Assembly: GCA_964343995.1 (NCBI GenBank) | Contig: CAYFLO010000001.1 | Location: 4,129-28,355 of the forward strand | DNA length: 24,227 bases | Direction: 5' to 3' | Source: an uncultured Bifidobacteriaceae bacterium | Lineage (GTDB): Bacteria; Actinomycetota; Actinomycetes; S36-B12 | Part shown: positions 1-8,626 of the stretch, in pieces | How the letters are laid out: every line of letters starts with the position of its first letter | Position numbering within the stretch: the stretch's first letter is position 1 | Program-made: the position numbers and the translations under genes | The notes under the pieces: model-generated | Told to the model about the DNA's origin: nothing | Database searches by the model: none | What the model saw: only the letters and a program-made list of their open reading frames with translations

Positions 1-1154
1 TTCTCCAGCAGCCCGATGCCGATCCAGACGGCCATCATCGACGTGCCTCCGGACGACACGAAGGGCAGCGGAATGCCGGTGATCGGCATGATCCCCATGG
101 TCATGCCGACGTTCTCGAACATCTGGAATGCCAGCCATGCGGCGACGCCCGTGGCCACGAGCCGGCCGAACATGTCATCGGCGCGATAGGCGATGACGAT
201 CGCCCGCCACAGGATGACACCCAGAAGGAGGATGACGACCGCCGCGCCGATGAATCCGAGCTCCTCCCCCGCCACCGTGAACACGAAATCGCTCTCGTTG
301 ACCGGCACGAAGCGCCCCTGCGTCTGCGGGCCGTGGAACAGGCCGTAGCCGGTGAGGCCACCGCCGCCGATGGCGATACGCGCCTGCGTCGCGTTGTAGG
401 CCGCACTGCCCACGTCGGCCGTCGGATTGATGAAGGACGTGAGGCGCTGCACCTGATAGGACTGCAGCAGACCGAGCTGGATGGCCAGCAGGATGCCGAG
501 AACACCGGTGCCGATGATGCCGATGAGCCACTTGGTTGGCGCACCCGCCACCGCGATCATCGACACCGAGATCGCACCCATGATGAGGATGGTGCCGGTG
601 TCGTTCTGCACCAAAATGATGAGCATCGGCAGTGCCGCAGCACCCAGAGCCAGCCAGATGTCACGTGCGCGCGGCTCCTCCTCCACGTCGCGGCGCTCCG
701 ACAGCAGCACGGCGATCATCAGGATGACCGCGATCTTGGCGACCTCCGACGGCTGGAAGGTGAACCCGCCCGGCAGCGAGATCCACGCGCGGGCGCCGGC
801 GATGCGGGTACCCAGGCCCGGCACGAACGGCAGCAGGAGCGTGAACACCGACACACCCCAGATCACCGGGGAGTAGGCACGTAGCCATCGGTAGTCGACG
901 CGCATCGCCACGATGCCCAGCACCAGGCCCGCGGCCACGTTGATGAGGTGCTTGCGCAGGTACGACGTGGGGTCACCGGGTGCGGCCATATCGGCCAGCG
1001 ACGCCGACCACACCAGCAGGCAGCCCAGGATGGTGAGGCCGAGGGCGGCCACGAGGAGGAACCAGTCCAGGTCGCGCAGGATTCCCCGGCGCCCGTGCTC
1101 CAGCAGGTGCACGCGGGTGCGCTGCCGCACCCGGTAGCGGGTCATGAGCGACAT
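1..1154 (-). CDS. rodA: Rod shape-determining protein RodA (SEDS family), 3' end just beyond the window edge
   Basis: Translated by hand because it is absent from the ORF track (runs off the edge). It starts MSLMTRYRVRQ...DLDWFLLVAALGLTILGCLLVWSAS and contains the SEDS motifs QPSEVAK, PDTGT, GYNATQARIAIGGGG, VPVNESDFVFTVAGEELGF and PLVSSGGTS. ATG overlaps the pbp2 stop by 1 nt. Confidence 0.96.
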   Translation of the reverse strand, partial: MSLMTRYRVRQRTRVHLLEHGRRGILRDLDWFLLVAALGLTILGCLLVWSASLADMAAPGDPTSYLRKHLINVAAGLVLGIVAMRVDYRWLRAYSPVIWGVSVFTLLLPFVPGLGTRIAGARAWISLPGGFTFQPSEVAKIAVILMIAVLLSERRDVEEEPRARDIWLALGAAALPMLIILVQNDTGTILIMGAISVSMIAVAGAPTKWLIGIIGTGVLGILLAIQLGLLQSYQVQRLTSFINPTADVGSAAYNATQARIAIGGGGLTGYGLFHGPQTQGRFVPVNESDFVFTVAGEELGFIGAAVVILLLGVILWRAIVIAYRADDMFGRLVATGVAAWLAFQMFENVGMTMGIMPITGIPLPFVSSGGTSMMAVWIGIGLLE

Positions 1155-3310
1155 CAGCCGCCTCCCGCCGCGCCCTGGCTGCGAGCCGGATTCACACCCG
1201 CATCCTGACCCATGGGGCCCACCGGCGTGCCGTCCGGCTTGACGATCGGCAGGGTCTCCTTGGGCTTGCCGCCCACGAGCACGCTGCGCGCCGGATCCAC
1301 GCTCGTGCCACTGACCCCGAAGAGCGCCTCGTAGATCCCGCGCACGCTGGGGCCGGACGTCTTGGCGCCCGTGCCACCCTCGGTCACCATCATGACGACG
1401 GCGTAACGGGGGTTGTTGGCGGGCGCGAACGACGCGAACCACGACGTCGACACCTTGTTGCCGGTGACCTGCGCCGATCCGGTCTTGGCAGCGACCGGGA
1501 TCTGGCCCACCGGGAATCCGGCGAAGGGGGTCTTGGCGGTGCCGTCCGTCACCACGCCCTCAAGTGAGTGCACGAGGAAGGACTGTGCCGACTTGGTCAG
1601 CGGCACGCGCGACTTCACGACCGGGGGAATGTCTTTGACCACGGTTCCGTCCGCGCTCACGATGGCCTTGGCGATCTGCGGCTCGTAGACGGTTCCGCCG
1701 TTGGCCACCGCGGCGTAGACCATGGCGAGTTGAAGCGGGGTCACCGCCGTGTCGCCCTGGCCGATGGAGGCGTTGAGGGCGTCGCCCACGCGCCACTGAT
1801 AGCCGTCGGTGCAGTTCTCCGCATCGAGAGCGGTGAAGAAGTCGGCGAGCCCCGGGTTCGTCCGACGGGTCTCGGGGTAGCCCGCCTTGGCATTGGCGCA
1901 CCAGGTGTCCTTCATGGCGTTCCAGTTGGCCGACTTGAACAGGCGACTGGAAACCCGACCGCCCGCCTCACCCGGCAGGTCGACGCCCGACGGCGATCCC
2001 AGGCCGTACTGGTGGGCTGCCGTGGCGATGGGATCGGGTGACTCCTTGGTCGCCGTGACACCGCCGGCCTGCTGCCACATGCGGTCGGCAATGCCATAGA
2101 ACACCGTGTTGCACGACACCTCGATCGCGCGCGAGAGCGGGATCTTGCCGTAGCCGGAGGACTCGAAGTTGCGGAAGGTCTGGGTGCCGATGGTGAGCTG
2201 TGCGGGGCACGGGTAGGTGCCGTTGAGATTGAACCCGTCGTTGGCCGCGGCCGTCGTGCTGATGACCTTGTAGGTCGAGCCCGGCGCGAACAGGCCCTGG
2301 ATGGCATTGGACGACAGCGAGTCGGAGTCCATCAGCTCCTTGTACTGCTTGCGTGTGACACCGCCGACCCAGATGGCCGGGTCGTAGGTGGGGTAGCTGG
2401 CCATGGCCAGGACGTGGCCGTTGCGCACGTCGACAACCACGGCCGCGCCCGTTGAGCCCGGATACCCCTGCTGCTGCGCGCGGTGGACGGCCGCCAGCAG
2501 CTCGTCCTCCACCTTGGCCTGCAGCCGCGCGTCGATAGACGTCACTAGGTAGTCGCCCGCCTTGGGCTGCGTCGTCGACGTCGTGCCGACGACGTGCCCA
2601 GCCGTGTCGACGGCGAGCTGGGTGACGCCGGGAGCACCGCGCAGCACGGTGTCGTACGACTTCTCCAGCCCGTTGCGCCCGACCACGTCGGTGCGACGCA
2701 GGCGGTCGGGGGCGGTGGAGTCGGCCTGCGCCGTGATCTGCTCCTCGGTCACCGGACCGAGGTAGCCCAGGATGTGCGCGGCATTGACACCGAAGGGCTC
2801 GGGGTACTGGCGCACGGCGGTGAGCGTGGCGGCGACACCGGGGAAGTCGCTGCGTCGCTCCATGATCGACAGCGCGGTCTGGCTGTCGATGTCGCTCATC
2901 ACCGGGACCGGCTGGTAGGTCGATCCGTTCCAGCACACCGGCGGCGGCTTGGCCCCCTTGCTGCCGCAGGTGGCCAGGCGGTCGGAGATCTGCTCGACGG
3001 GAACTCCCAGGAGGTCGGCGAGCTTGGACAGCACCTGCGCGCCCTTCTGCGGCTGGCGGGTGAGCACCTGGCGGTCGATCGTCACGATGGTTGACGTGCG
3101 GTTGGACACCAGCGGCCGTCCGGCCTGATCGAGGATGAGGCCGCGGACGGCCGGGGTGACAATCTCGCGTCCGGTGTTCCGGTCGGCCTGCTGTCGGTAC
3201 TCCGCGCCGGTGACGATCTGCAGGTAGAAGGCGCGGGCGACGAGCGTCACCAGCAGCGACAGGATGAGGACGCCCAGGACGAGCAGGCGCGTGGTCGAGC
3301 GCTGGGACAC
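1154..3310 (-). CDS. mrdA: Penicillin-binding protein 2 (class B transpeptidase)
   Basis: N-terminal TM anchor, dimerisation-domain motif RGLILDQAGRPL, and catalytic motifs SxxK (PGSTYK), SxN (SCN) and KTG. GTG at 3310 is chosen because of an upstream AAGGGAG; the ORF track start is 3328. Confidence 0.96.
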   Translation of the reverse strand: MSQRSTTRLLVLGVLILSLLVTLVARAFYLQIVTGAEYRQQADRNTGREIVTPAVRGLILDQAGRPLVSNRTSTIVTIDRQVLTRQPQKGAQVLSKLADLLGVPVEQISDRLATCGSKGAKPPPVCWNGSTYQPVPVMSDIDSQTALSIMERRSDFPGVAATLTAVRQYPEPFGVNAAHILGYLGPVTEEQITAQADSTAPDRLRRTDVVGRNGLEKSYDTVLRGAPGVTQLAVDTAGHVVGTTSTTQPKAGDYLVTSIDARLQAKVEDELLAAVHRAQQQGYPGSTGAAVVVDVRNGHVLAMASYPTYDPAIWVGGVTRKQYKELMDSDSLSSNAIQGLFAPGSTYKVISTTAAANDGFNLNGTYPCPAQLTIGTQTFRNFESSGYGKIPLSRAIEVSCNTVFYGIADRMWQQAGGVTATKESPDPIATAAHQYGLGSPSGVDLPGEAGGRVSSRLFKSANWNAMKDTWCANAKAGYPETRRTNPGLADFFTALDAENCTDGYQWRVGDALNASIGQGDTAVTPLQLAMVYAAVANGGTVYEPQIAKAIVSADGTVVKDIPPVVKSRVPLTKSAQSFLVHSLEGVVTDGTAKTPFAGFPVGQIPVAAKTGSAQVTGNKVSTSWFASFAPANNPRYAVVMMVTEGGTGAKTSGPSVRGIYEALFGVSGTSVDPARSVLVGGKPKETLPIVKPDGTPVGPMGQDAGVNPARSQGAAGGG

Positions 3311-3425
3311 GCGCGCCGCTCCCTTCATCTGGCCGACGGCCCGGCGCCTGAAGTCCGGGCGATGACGGTCTCGACGGTATGTCAGGAGGTCCGACGCAGG
3401 ACAACCCGCGCGCCGTTCCCGGGGT

Positions 3426-3453
3426 GGTTATGTCCGGTTATGAGGTGAAATTA
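3426..3453 (-). promoter_or_regulatory. Candidate internal promoter for pbp2-rodA (TAATTT -10) with a CATAACC direct repeat
   Basis: Minus-strand TAATTT (3448-3453) fits TANNNT. GGTTATG occurs at 3426-3432 and 3436-3442 in the ~180 bp mreD-pbp2 gap. No clear -35. Confidence 0.35.
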
Positions 3454-3488
3454 CGACACCCGAACTCAGGTCCAGCCGCGGTCAGGGC

Positions 3489-3998
3489 TCACGAGACCTT
3501 GGCGACCGGCTCCAGTTTGCGGGCCAGCCACGCGATCCCCGGAACGACCCCCGGGGCCAGGATCGCGGCATAGATGGCCGTGCTCACCAGGATGACGAAC
3601 ATCCGGTCCCAGGGCACCTCCGGTCGGCCCAGGAGGGCATCGATCGCCGCCACCGCAAGAGTGCCCACGGCCACAGCGCCGGCGACCATGGCGATGGTGA
3701 GCGGAACCGTGCGGTCGCGTCGGTCGACCAGACGGGCGACAAGGAGTCCGATCACCAGGTACACGACGGCATTGACGCCCAGGGCCCCGGCGAACGGCGG
3801 AGTGAGGGCAACGAGGACGCCGCCGACAAATCCGCTCACCGCTCCCACGAGCGGACCGAGTGCCAGCGCAAGAGCGACAACGGTGACGAGCACAAGGTCC
3901 GGTGTCGCTCCCGGGAGGCCCAGGCGCGCGAGCACCGCGACCTGCAGCACGTCGGCGACGACGAGCGAGGTCACCACGAGCAGCCACTGGCGCCACAT
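3489..3998 (-). CDS. mreD: Rod shape-determining protein MreD
   Basis: 169 aa hydrophobic protein with LPGATPDLVLV...GxxxGFxGG signature, located between mreC and pbp2. Confidence 0.93.
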   Translation of the reverse strand: MWRQWLLVVTSLVVADVLQVAVLARLGLPGATPDLVLVTVVALALALGPLVGAVSGFVGGVLVALTPPFAGALGVNAVVYLVIGLLVARLVDRRDRTVPLTIAMVAGAVAVGTLAVAAIDALLGRPEVPWDRMFVILVSTAIYAAILAPGVVPGIAWLARKLEPVAKVS

Positions 3999-4001
3999 GA
4001 C

Positions 4002-5021
4002 CTAGCCCGCCGGCGTGGGATCGAGGGTCGAGGGACCAGGTGCCGGAGTCGCTGCCGCCGACGGCACGAGGGTATTGCCCTGCGCATCGGACGCCGCCGG
4101 TGACGCACCCGCCCCCAGCGGTGCCGGGAGCGAGCCGTCGGCGGCCGCCGCAGCGGAACTCGCCACACCGCTCGGCAGCACAGAGTCGCGCGGGTCGGTG
4201 CGCGGCGGGCGCGTGACGACACCGACGATGCTCAGCCGCGAGACATCGACATAGGGGCGCACATCGGCGATGCGGGTGAGCTGGCCCGCGGTGCCCTTGA
4301 CCTGGGTGACCTCGCCGATGGGAAGACCCGGTGCGAAGGGTCGACCACCCTTGCTGCCGAAGGTCACCAGCGCATCGCCGAGGCGCACATCGGCGCGCGG
4401 GTCAAGGAGCTGGTACTCCATCACGTCCTGGCTTCCGGTGCCGGCGACGATGCCGATCTCCTGCGAGCCGGCGATACGCGCACCCACCGCGGACGAGGAA
4501 TCGATGATGAGGACGACCGTCGCGGTCGAGGCCGTCGTCTTCAGCACGCGCCCCACCAGACCCTGACCGTTGATGACGGACATGTCCGGCTCCAGGCCGT
4601 CGTCGCGACCGGCGTCGATCGTGACCGTCCAGGTGAATCCCTGCGCGGGGCCGACGGCGATGACCTCGGCCGGGACCACGGTGTACTTGCCTACGCTGGC
4701 CACGCGCAGGAGACCGTCGAGTGCGGCGACGCGACCGGCGTCGTTGGCCTGCTCCCGCACGGTTGTGGCCAGCTTCTCGTTCTGCGCGGTGAGGTCGCGG
4801 ATCTGTTGCGATTGGTCGCGCATGGTCGACCACCACGACGACGCGCCGATCACCGGCGTGAACACCACAGAGGTCGCCTTCTCCAGGGCGCCGAGGGCGT
4901 TCTCCGCCACGCTGCGCACGCCGCTGAAGGGGCTTCGGCCGCCCCGCAGGTCGAGCAGGAGCAGCGTGAGCGCCGCCACCACGAGCACCGCGATAATCGC
5001 GCGGGTCCGCCGGGAGCGCAT
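4002..5021 (-). CDS. mreC: Rod shape-determining protein MreC
   Basis: TM helix, coiled coil, beta domains with TVTIDAGRDDG, VINGQGLVGRV and PGLPIGEV, Ala/Pro-rich tail, and synteny with mreD. Confidence 0.95.
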   Translation of the reverse strand: MRSRRTRAIIAVLVVAALTLLLLDLRGGRSPFSGVRSVAENALGALEKATSVVFTPVIGASSWWSTMRDQSQQIRDLTAQNEKLATTVREQANDAGRVAALDGLLRVASVGKYTVVPAEVIAVGPAQGFTWTVTIDAGRDDGLEPDMSVINGQGLVGRVLKTTASTATVVLIIDSSSAVGARIAGSQEIGIVAGTGSQDVMEYQLLDPRADVRLGDALVTFGSKGGRPFAPGLPIGEVTQVKGTAGQLTRIADVRPYVDVSRLSIVGVVTRPPRTDPRDSVLPSGVASSAAAAADGSLPAPLGAGASPAASDAQGNTLVPSAAATPAPGPSTLDPTPAG

Positions 5022-5110
5022 GGGCCTAGTCTCCCTGACCCCGATGGGACCTGTGCACAGGGCGCGTCCCGGAACTGTCCCGCATCCCCCTGATGCCTTA
5101 CGCTCACGAG

Positions 5111-5128
5111 GACGGTCACCTGACCGTC
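5111..5128. promoter_or_regulatory. Operator-like inverted repeat GACGGTCA-CC-TGACCGTC
   Basis: Perfect 8-bp arms in the 125-bp divergent mreC/HTH gap, just upstream of the HTH gene SD. Confidence 0.5.
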
Positions 5129-5146
5129 ATCGAGGAGGGAGGCGCG

Positions 5147-5698
5147 ATGGCCAACCGTTCGTCCTCCTCCCGCTCGGCTCGTCAGCGCCCCATCCCTCCG
5201 GAGCTGGAACCCTCCGCGGCGGGGGTTGCCGGAGCCGAGCGCGTGAGTGCCCGCGCCACCAACGTCCTCCTGGCCGCCATCGACCAGATGTCCACACTCA
5301 CGCACCCGATCGAGCGGGCGATGGGGGCAACGCGACTGCTGGAGGCCCTCACCGCGGTGATCGACGAGGTCAAGGACGTACGCCGCGACGCGGTCAAGGA
5401 GGCGTACGCCAAGGGAAGTGCACTGTCGGGCTGGTACGGCTACACCGCACTTGCCCATCAGCTGGGCATCTCGCCGTCACGCGTGCGCCAGATCCTCTAC
5501 GACATCACCACCGACGCCAGCGGCACACCGCAGGTGCGCGATGACGAGGCCGCCACCATCCGCTCGAAGGCGTCAGCGCGGCGCGAGGCACTCCGTCTCC
5601 TTCAGCGTGGCCTCCCGGTCGCGCAGGTGGCCGGCGCCACTGGCCTCAGTGCAGCCGAGACGAAACGTCTCGCCGGCACGGTCACGTCACACGACTGA
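5147..5698 (+). CDS. Putative DNA-binding protein with two helix-turn-helix motifs (183 aa)
   Basis: SD GAGGAGG before ATG 5147. YTALAHQLGISPSRVRQIL (sigma region-4-like HTH) and REALRLLQRGLPVAQVAGATGLSAAETKRL (second HTH). Confidence 0.75.
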   Translation: MANRSSSSRSARQRPIPPELEPSAAGVAGAERVSARATNVLLAAIDQMSTLTHPIERAMGATRLLEALTAVIDEVKDVRRDAVKEAYAKGSALSGWYGYTALAHQLGISPSRVRQILYDITTDASGTPQVRDDEAATIRSKASARREALRLLQRGLPVAQVAGATGLSAAETKRLAGTVTSHD

Positions 5699-5725
5699 CG
5701 CGCAGGTTCGGCGTCCCGTCGGGGG

Positions 5726-6103
5726 TCAGGCGCCGTCGAGAAACGCGATCTCGCGCAGCAGCCCCAGCTGAACGGACGTGCGCGGTGTGGTGTCGACCGC
5801 GGGGAGTACGACGATCTCATGCGGATCGGCCGTGCCGATGGAATCCAGAATGACCGCCGGCTGCTGCGAGAAGTGCTCGCGGAACTCCGGCGCGTAGATC
5901 TGCACCAGGTCGGCCTCGAGAGCCAGGTCCGGGCACTCCACGTCCTGGGCCAGGAGCTCGGGAGCCAGGGCGAGCACGTCGTCGGCCACCGAGGTGGCTG
6001 CGGCGGCGAACCACGTCGGGGTGCGTGCGGCCGGTGCCTGCGGGTCGACGACCACCCGCGGCTCGACCGTCGGAAGGGTGAAGGGCTCCTGCGTCATCGT
6101 CAC
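5726..6103 (-). CDS. Hypothetical acidic protein (~125 aa)
   Basis: GTG/ATG start (6103/6097) just after the ATPase stop with a purine-rich SD-like tract. Normal codon usage. This is the C-terminal part of track ORF 5726..7264. Confidence 0.65.
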   Translation of the reverse strand: MTMTQEPFTLPTVEPRVVVDPQAPAARTPTWFAAAATSVADDVLALAPELLAQDVECPDLALEADLVQIYAPEFREHFSQQPAVILDSIGTADPHEIVVLPAVDTTPRTSVQLGLLREIAFLDGA

Positions 6104-6107
6104 TCCC

Positions 6108-7670
6108 CTATCTCCGGAACAGTCCGCGTCGACGTCCGTCGGCGTCGGAGGCCTGCAACCCCGATGCCGAAGCGGCGGCCGATGCCCCCACGAGCTCGGA
6201 GGTGCGCCACGGCATGAGGTCGCGCCCCGGCAGGCAGACCCGGGCCAGCTCGTTGTAGGCCGGGCCCAGAAGGGGATGGTCGAGCAGGGCCGACATCCGG
6301 GTGAGGTTGGTGGCGGTGAGGACGTCCTTGGTGGCCAGCGGGATGACGCCGACGACCGGGACTCCGAGGCCCGCGGCCAGCACCTGGTCACGTTCCATGC
6401 CCACGTCGGCGACCGACTGGTTGACGACGATGCCGATGCGCTCGCGCGGAACGCCCATGCCGGACTCGTCGACCGGTGCCGTGATCTCGCGCAGAGCGCG
6501 AGCCATGCCCTGCACTGCCGTGGATGCCAGCGTCGTGACGAACAGCACCTCATCGGCCTCCGGCAGGCAGACATCGGCGATGAGCGGATCGAGGTACTGC
6601 ACGCTGGTGTCCATGATGACAACGTCGTACATACGCTTAAGTGAGCGGATGATCGCGCGGTAGAACTCCGCACCCACAGCATCGGCCGTGCGCGGCCGGA
6701 TTGGTGCGAGCACGGTGTCGATGCCCATGAGCTCGTCGCGCACGACGTGGCGGCGGATCGCCTCCTCGTCCCACACCGGCTGGACGCGAATGTTGAGCGC
6801 GGTCGGCATGAACCGCCCGATGAGGCTGGCCACCTGTCCGTCACGGGTGTCCATGTCGACCAGGCACACCGATAGCGGAGCACCGGCATCTCGGGACGAG
6901 GTGGCGATCGCACCGGCCAGGAGCAGCGCGCACGTCGACTTGCCCGAACCGCCCTTGCTCGACGTGACGGTGATGGTCGTCTGACCCGCGGGACGCGGCC
7001 GGGCGAGCAGGTCGGCACTCGCCTGGGCCGGGACGTCGGACTCCGGTACGACCGCATGCGCACCGACGTCGACTGCGTGCGTGGAGGCCGCCGGGGTCGT
7101 GACGACACTCGGTGACGATGGCAGAGTCGCTGCCGCCGCCTCCTGCCACAGTCGCGAGCCGGAGAACCCCTCGCGGGCAAGCGGCGCATCGATATCAGGC
7201 CGGTAGTCGTCGGGGAACTCAACCTCGCCGTCGAGCACCCGACGCATGGTGTCGAGCACCGCACGTCCTCCCTGCACTACCGGCAGGAACGTGTACGGGA
7301 GCCGCTGCGGATCCAGGCGCTGCGCAACCGCCGCCTGCGCGATGGCCGCCTGCAGGACCTCCAGTCCCTCCGGACGCCACAGCGCGACGAACACATGCGC
7401 GCCCGCTGCCGACATCGCCACGATCGCACGGGCGGTGGCGATGAGCTCGGTGTCCGCACTCGGCGTTCCGTCGAGCAGGGAGTCGGAGAAGACCAGGATG
7501 CGCGACTGGGCATCCAGGCGGCCGCCGGACAGCGCATCCCACATCGCTGCGATGGAGCCTTGACGGTCCTGCACCGTCCAGTGCACGCCGTGACCGGCGA
7601 GCAGGTCGCTCACCGTGCGCTCGGCGACGACGATGACCGCGGGGCCCGTACCCGACGACGTCGCGCTCAT
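6108..7670 (-). CDS. CpaE/TadZ-like MinD/ParA-family ATPase with receiver-like N-terminal domain (520 aa)
   Basis: Deviant Walker A KGGSGKST, VDMD, Walker B VVIMDT, IVVNQ, and a C-terminal RRGLFRR amphipathic tail. ATGA overlap at 7667-7670. Confidence 0.85.
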   Translation of the reverse strand: MSATSSGTGPAVIVVAERTVSDLLAGHGVHWTVQDRQGSIAAMWDALSGGRLDAQSRILVFSDSLLDGTPSADTELIATARAIVAMSAAGAHVFVALWRPEGLEVLQAAIAQAAVAQRLDPQRLPYTFLPVVQGGRAVLDTMRRVLDGEVEFPDDYRPDIDAPLAREGFSGSRLWQEAAAATLPSSPSVVTTPAASTHAVDVGAHAVVPESDVPAQASADLLARPRPAGQTTITVTSSKGGSGKSTCALLLAGAIATSSRDAGAPLSVCLVDMDTRDGQVASLIGRFMPTALNIRVQPVWDEEAIRRHVVRDELMGIDTVLAPIRPRTADAVGAEFYRAIIRSLKRMYDVVIMDTSVQYLDPLIADVCLPEADEVLFVTTLASTAVQGMARALREITAPVDESGMGVPRERIGIVVNQSVADVGMERDQVLAAGLGVPVVGVIPLATKDVLTATNLTRMSALLDHPLLGPAYNELARVCLPGRDLMPWRTSELVGASAAASASGLQASDADGRRRGLFRR

Positions 7671-8116
7671 CGTGCACCCCGGCGGCCGGCCGGGCCGTAG
7701 AGGACGAATTCGCGCTGCACGGGCGTGAGCAGCGATGTCGTTACCGGCACCGGTGTCGACGACCACTCAGGCGACGCAGACGAGGCGGATCCGAAAGCGG
7801 CGGGAGCGGGCGTGGGATCCACCAGCATCGTCGCACTCGCGGTGATTGCGGCGCCGACGGGCGCCGCCGGAGCGACGACCGGGTCGGCCATCGCATGCAG
7901 GCTGTCGCGGAAGATCTCCCGGGCCTGCTCGTCGATGACGGCGGCATGGCCGGCGAAGAAGTCGCTGCCGAGGTCGTCCTGGCTCACCGTCGACATCCGG
8001 GCGAGCAGGGCATCGGGATCGGTCGCTCCGAAGACGCCGGTGACCGTGGGCGTCGGGGTCGAGGTGCCACCGAACAGCTCCAGGCCTTCGCGCAGGGCGC
8101 GATCCTGATCGCTCAT
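7667..8116 (-). CDS. Hypothetical Ala/Pro/Thr/Ser-rich protein (149 aa)
   Basis: SD GGAGGAG and ATGA overlaps at both ends. Confidence 0.7.
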   Translation of the reverse strand: MSDQDRALREGLELFGGTSTPTPTVTGVFGATDPDALLARMSTVSQDDLGSDFFAGHAAVIDEQAREIFRDSLHAMADPVVAPAAPVGAAITASATMLVDPTPAPAAFGSASSASPEWSSTPVPVTTSLLTPVQREFVLYGPAGRRGAR

Positions 8117-8550
8117 GACGACTCCTCCAGCCACTCGGCGGGGACGAAGTCCGGGATCGCGATGTCGATGAGCCCGTCCTCGGTGCGCACGGTGAGGGCC
8201 AGCAGGGTGCACGAGGCATCGGTGACCAGATTGAGCGCGCTCACCGGAAGGTCGGCCGCGATCCACGCGTGCCGCGACCAGCGCGCCTGCCACTCGACCG
8301 GAAGCCCGTCGTGGTGCGCGGCCAGGGCGACGTCCAGGAGCGGGCTTCCCGCGCCGACGATCGGGTAGGCGGCGAAGCGGATCGACCCGGCCCGTCCGGC
8401 GACGACTTCGCAGGTGATGGTGATCCGATGGGACGTGGCCAAGCCGGCCGGATCGATGATTCCAACGGGGGCGACAGACGTCACCAGACCCCACCCGCGT
8501 CGCACGAGACACTCTCGTCCGGCGTCGTCGACCTCGATCCGGGTGTCCAT
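8113..8550 (-). CDS. Hypothetical beta-rich protein (145 aa)
   Basis: Strong SD AAGGAGG before ATG 8550 and an ATGA overlap with the next gene. Confidence 0.75.
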   Translation of the reverse strand: MDTRIEVDDAGRECLVRRGWGLVTSVAPVGIIDPAGLATSHRITITCEVVAGRAGSIRFAAYPIVGAGSPLLDVALAAHHDGLPVEWQARWSRHAWIAADLPVSALNLVTDASCTLLALTVRTEDGLIDIAIPDFVPAEWLEESS

Positions 8551-8581
8551 CGTCCTCCTTCGCGGGTCCCCTGTGAGGGCG

Positions 8582-8589
8582 GTATCGGA
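8582..8589 (-). promoter_or_regulatory. Near-consensus pil-regulon -10 element TCCGATAC
   Basis: One mismatch to GCCGAWAC, intergenic, 31 nt upstream of ATG 8550, within ATCGG-T-CCGAT. Confidence 0.55.
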
Positions 8590-8626
8590 CCGATTCGGGC
8601 CTCCTCGCCCCGTGAGCCACGGCATG

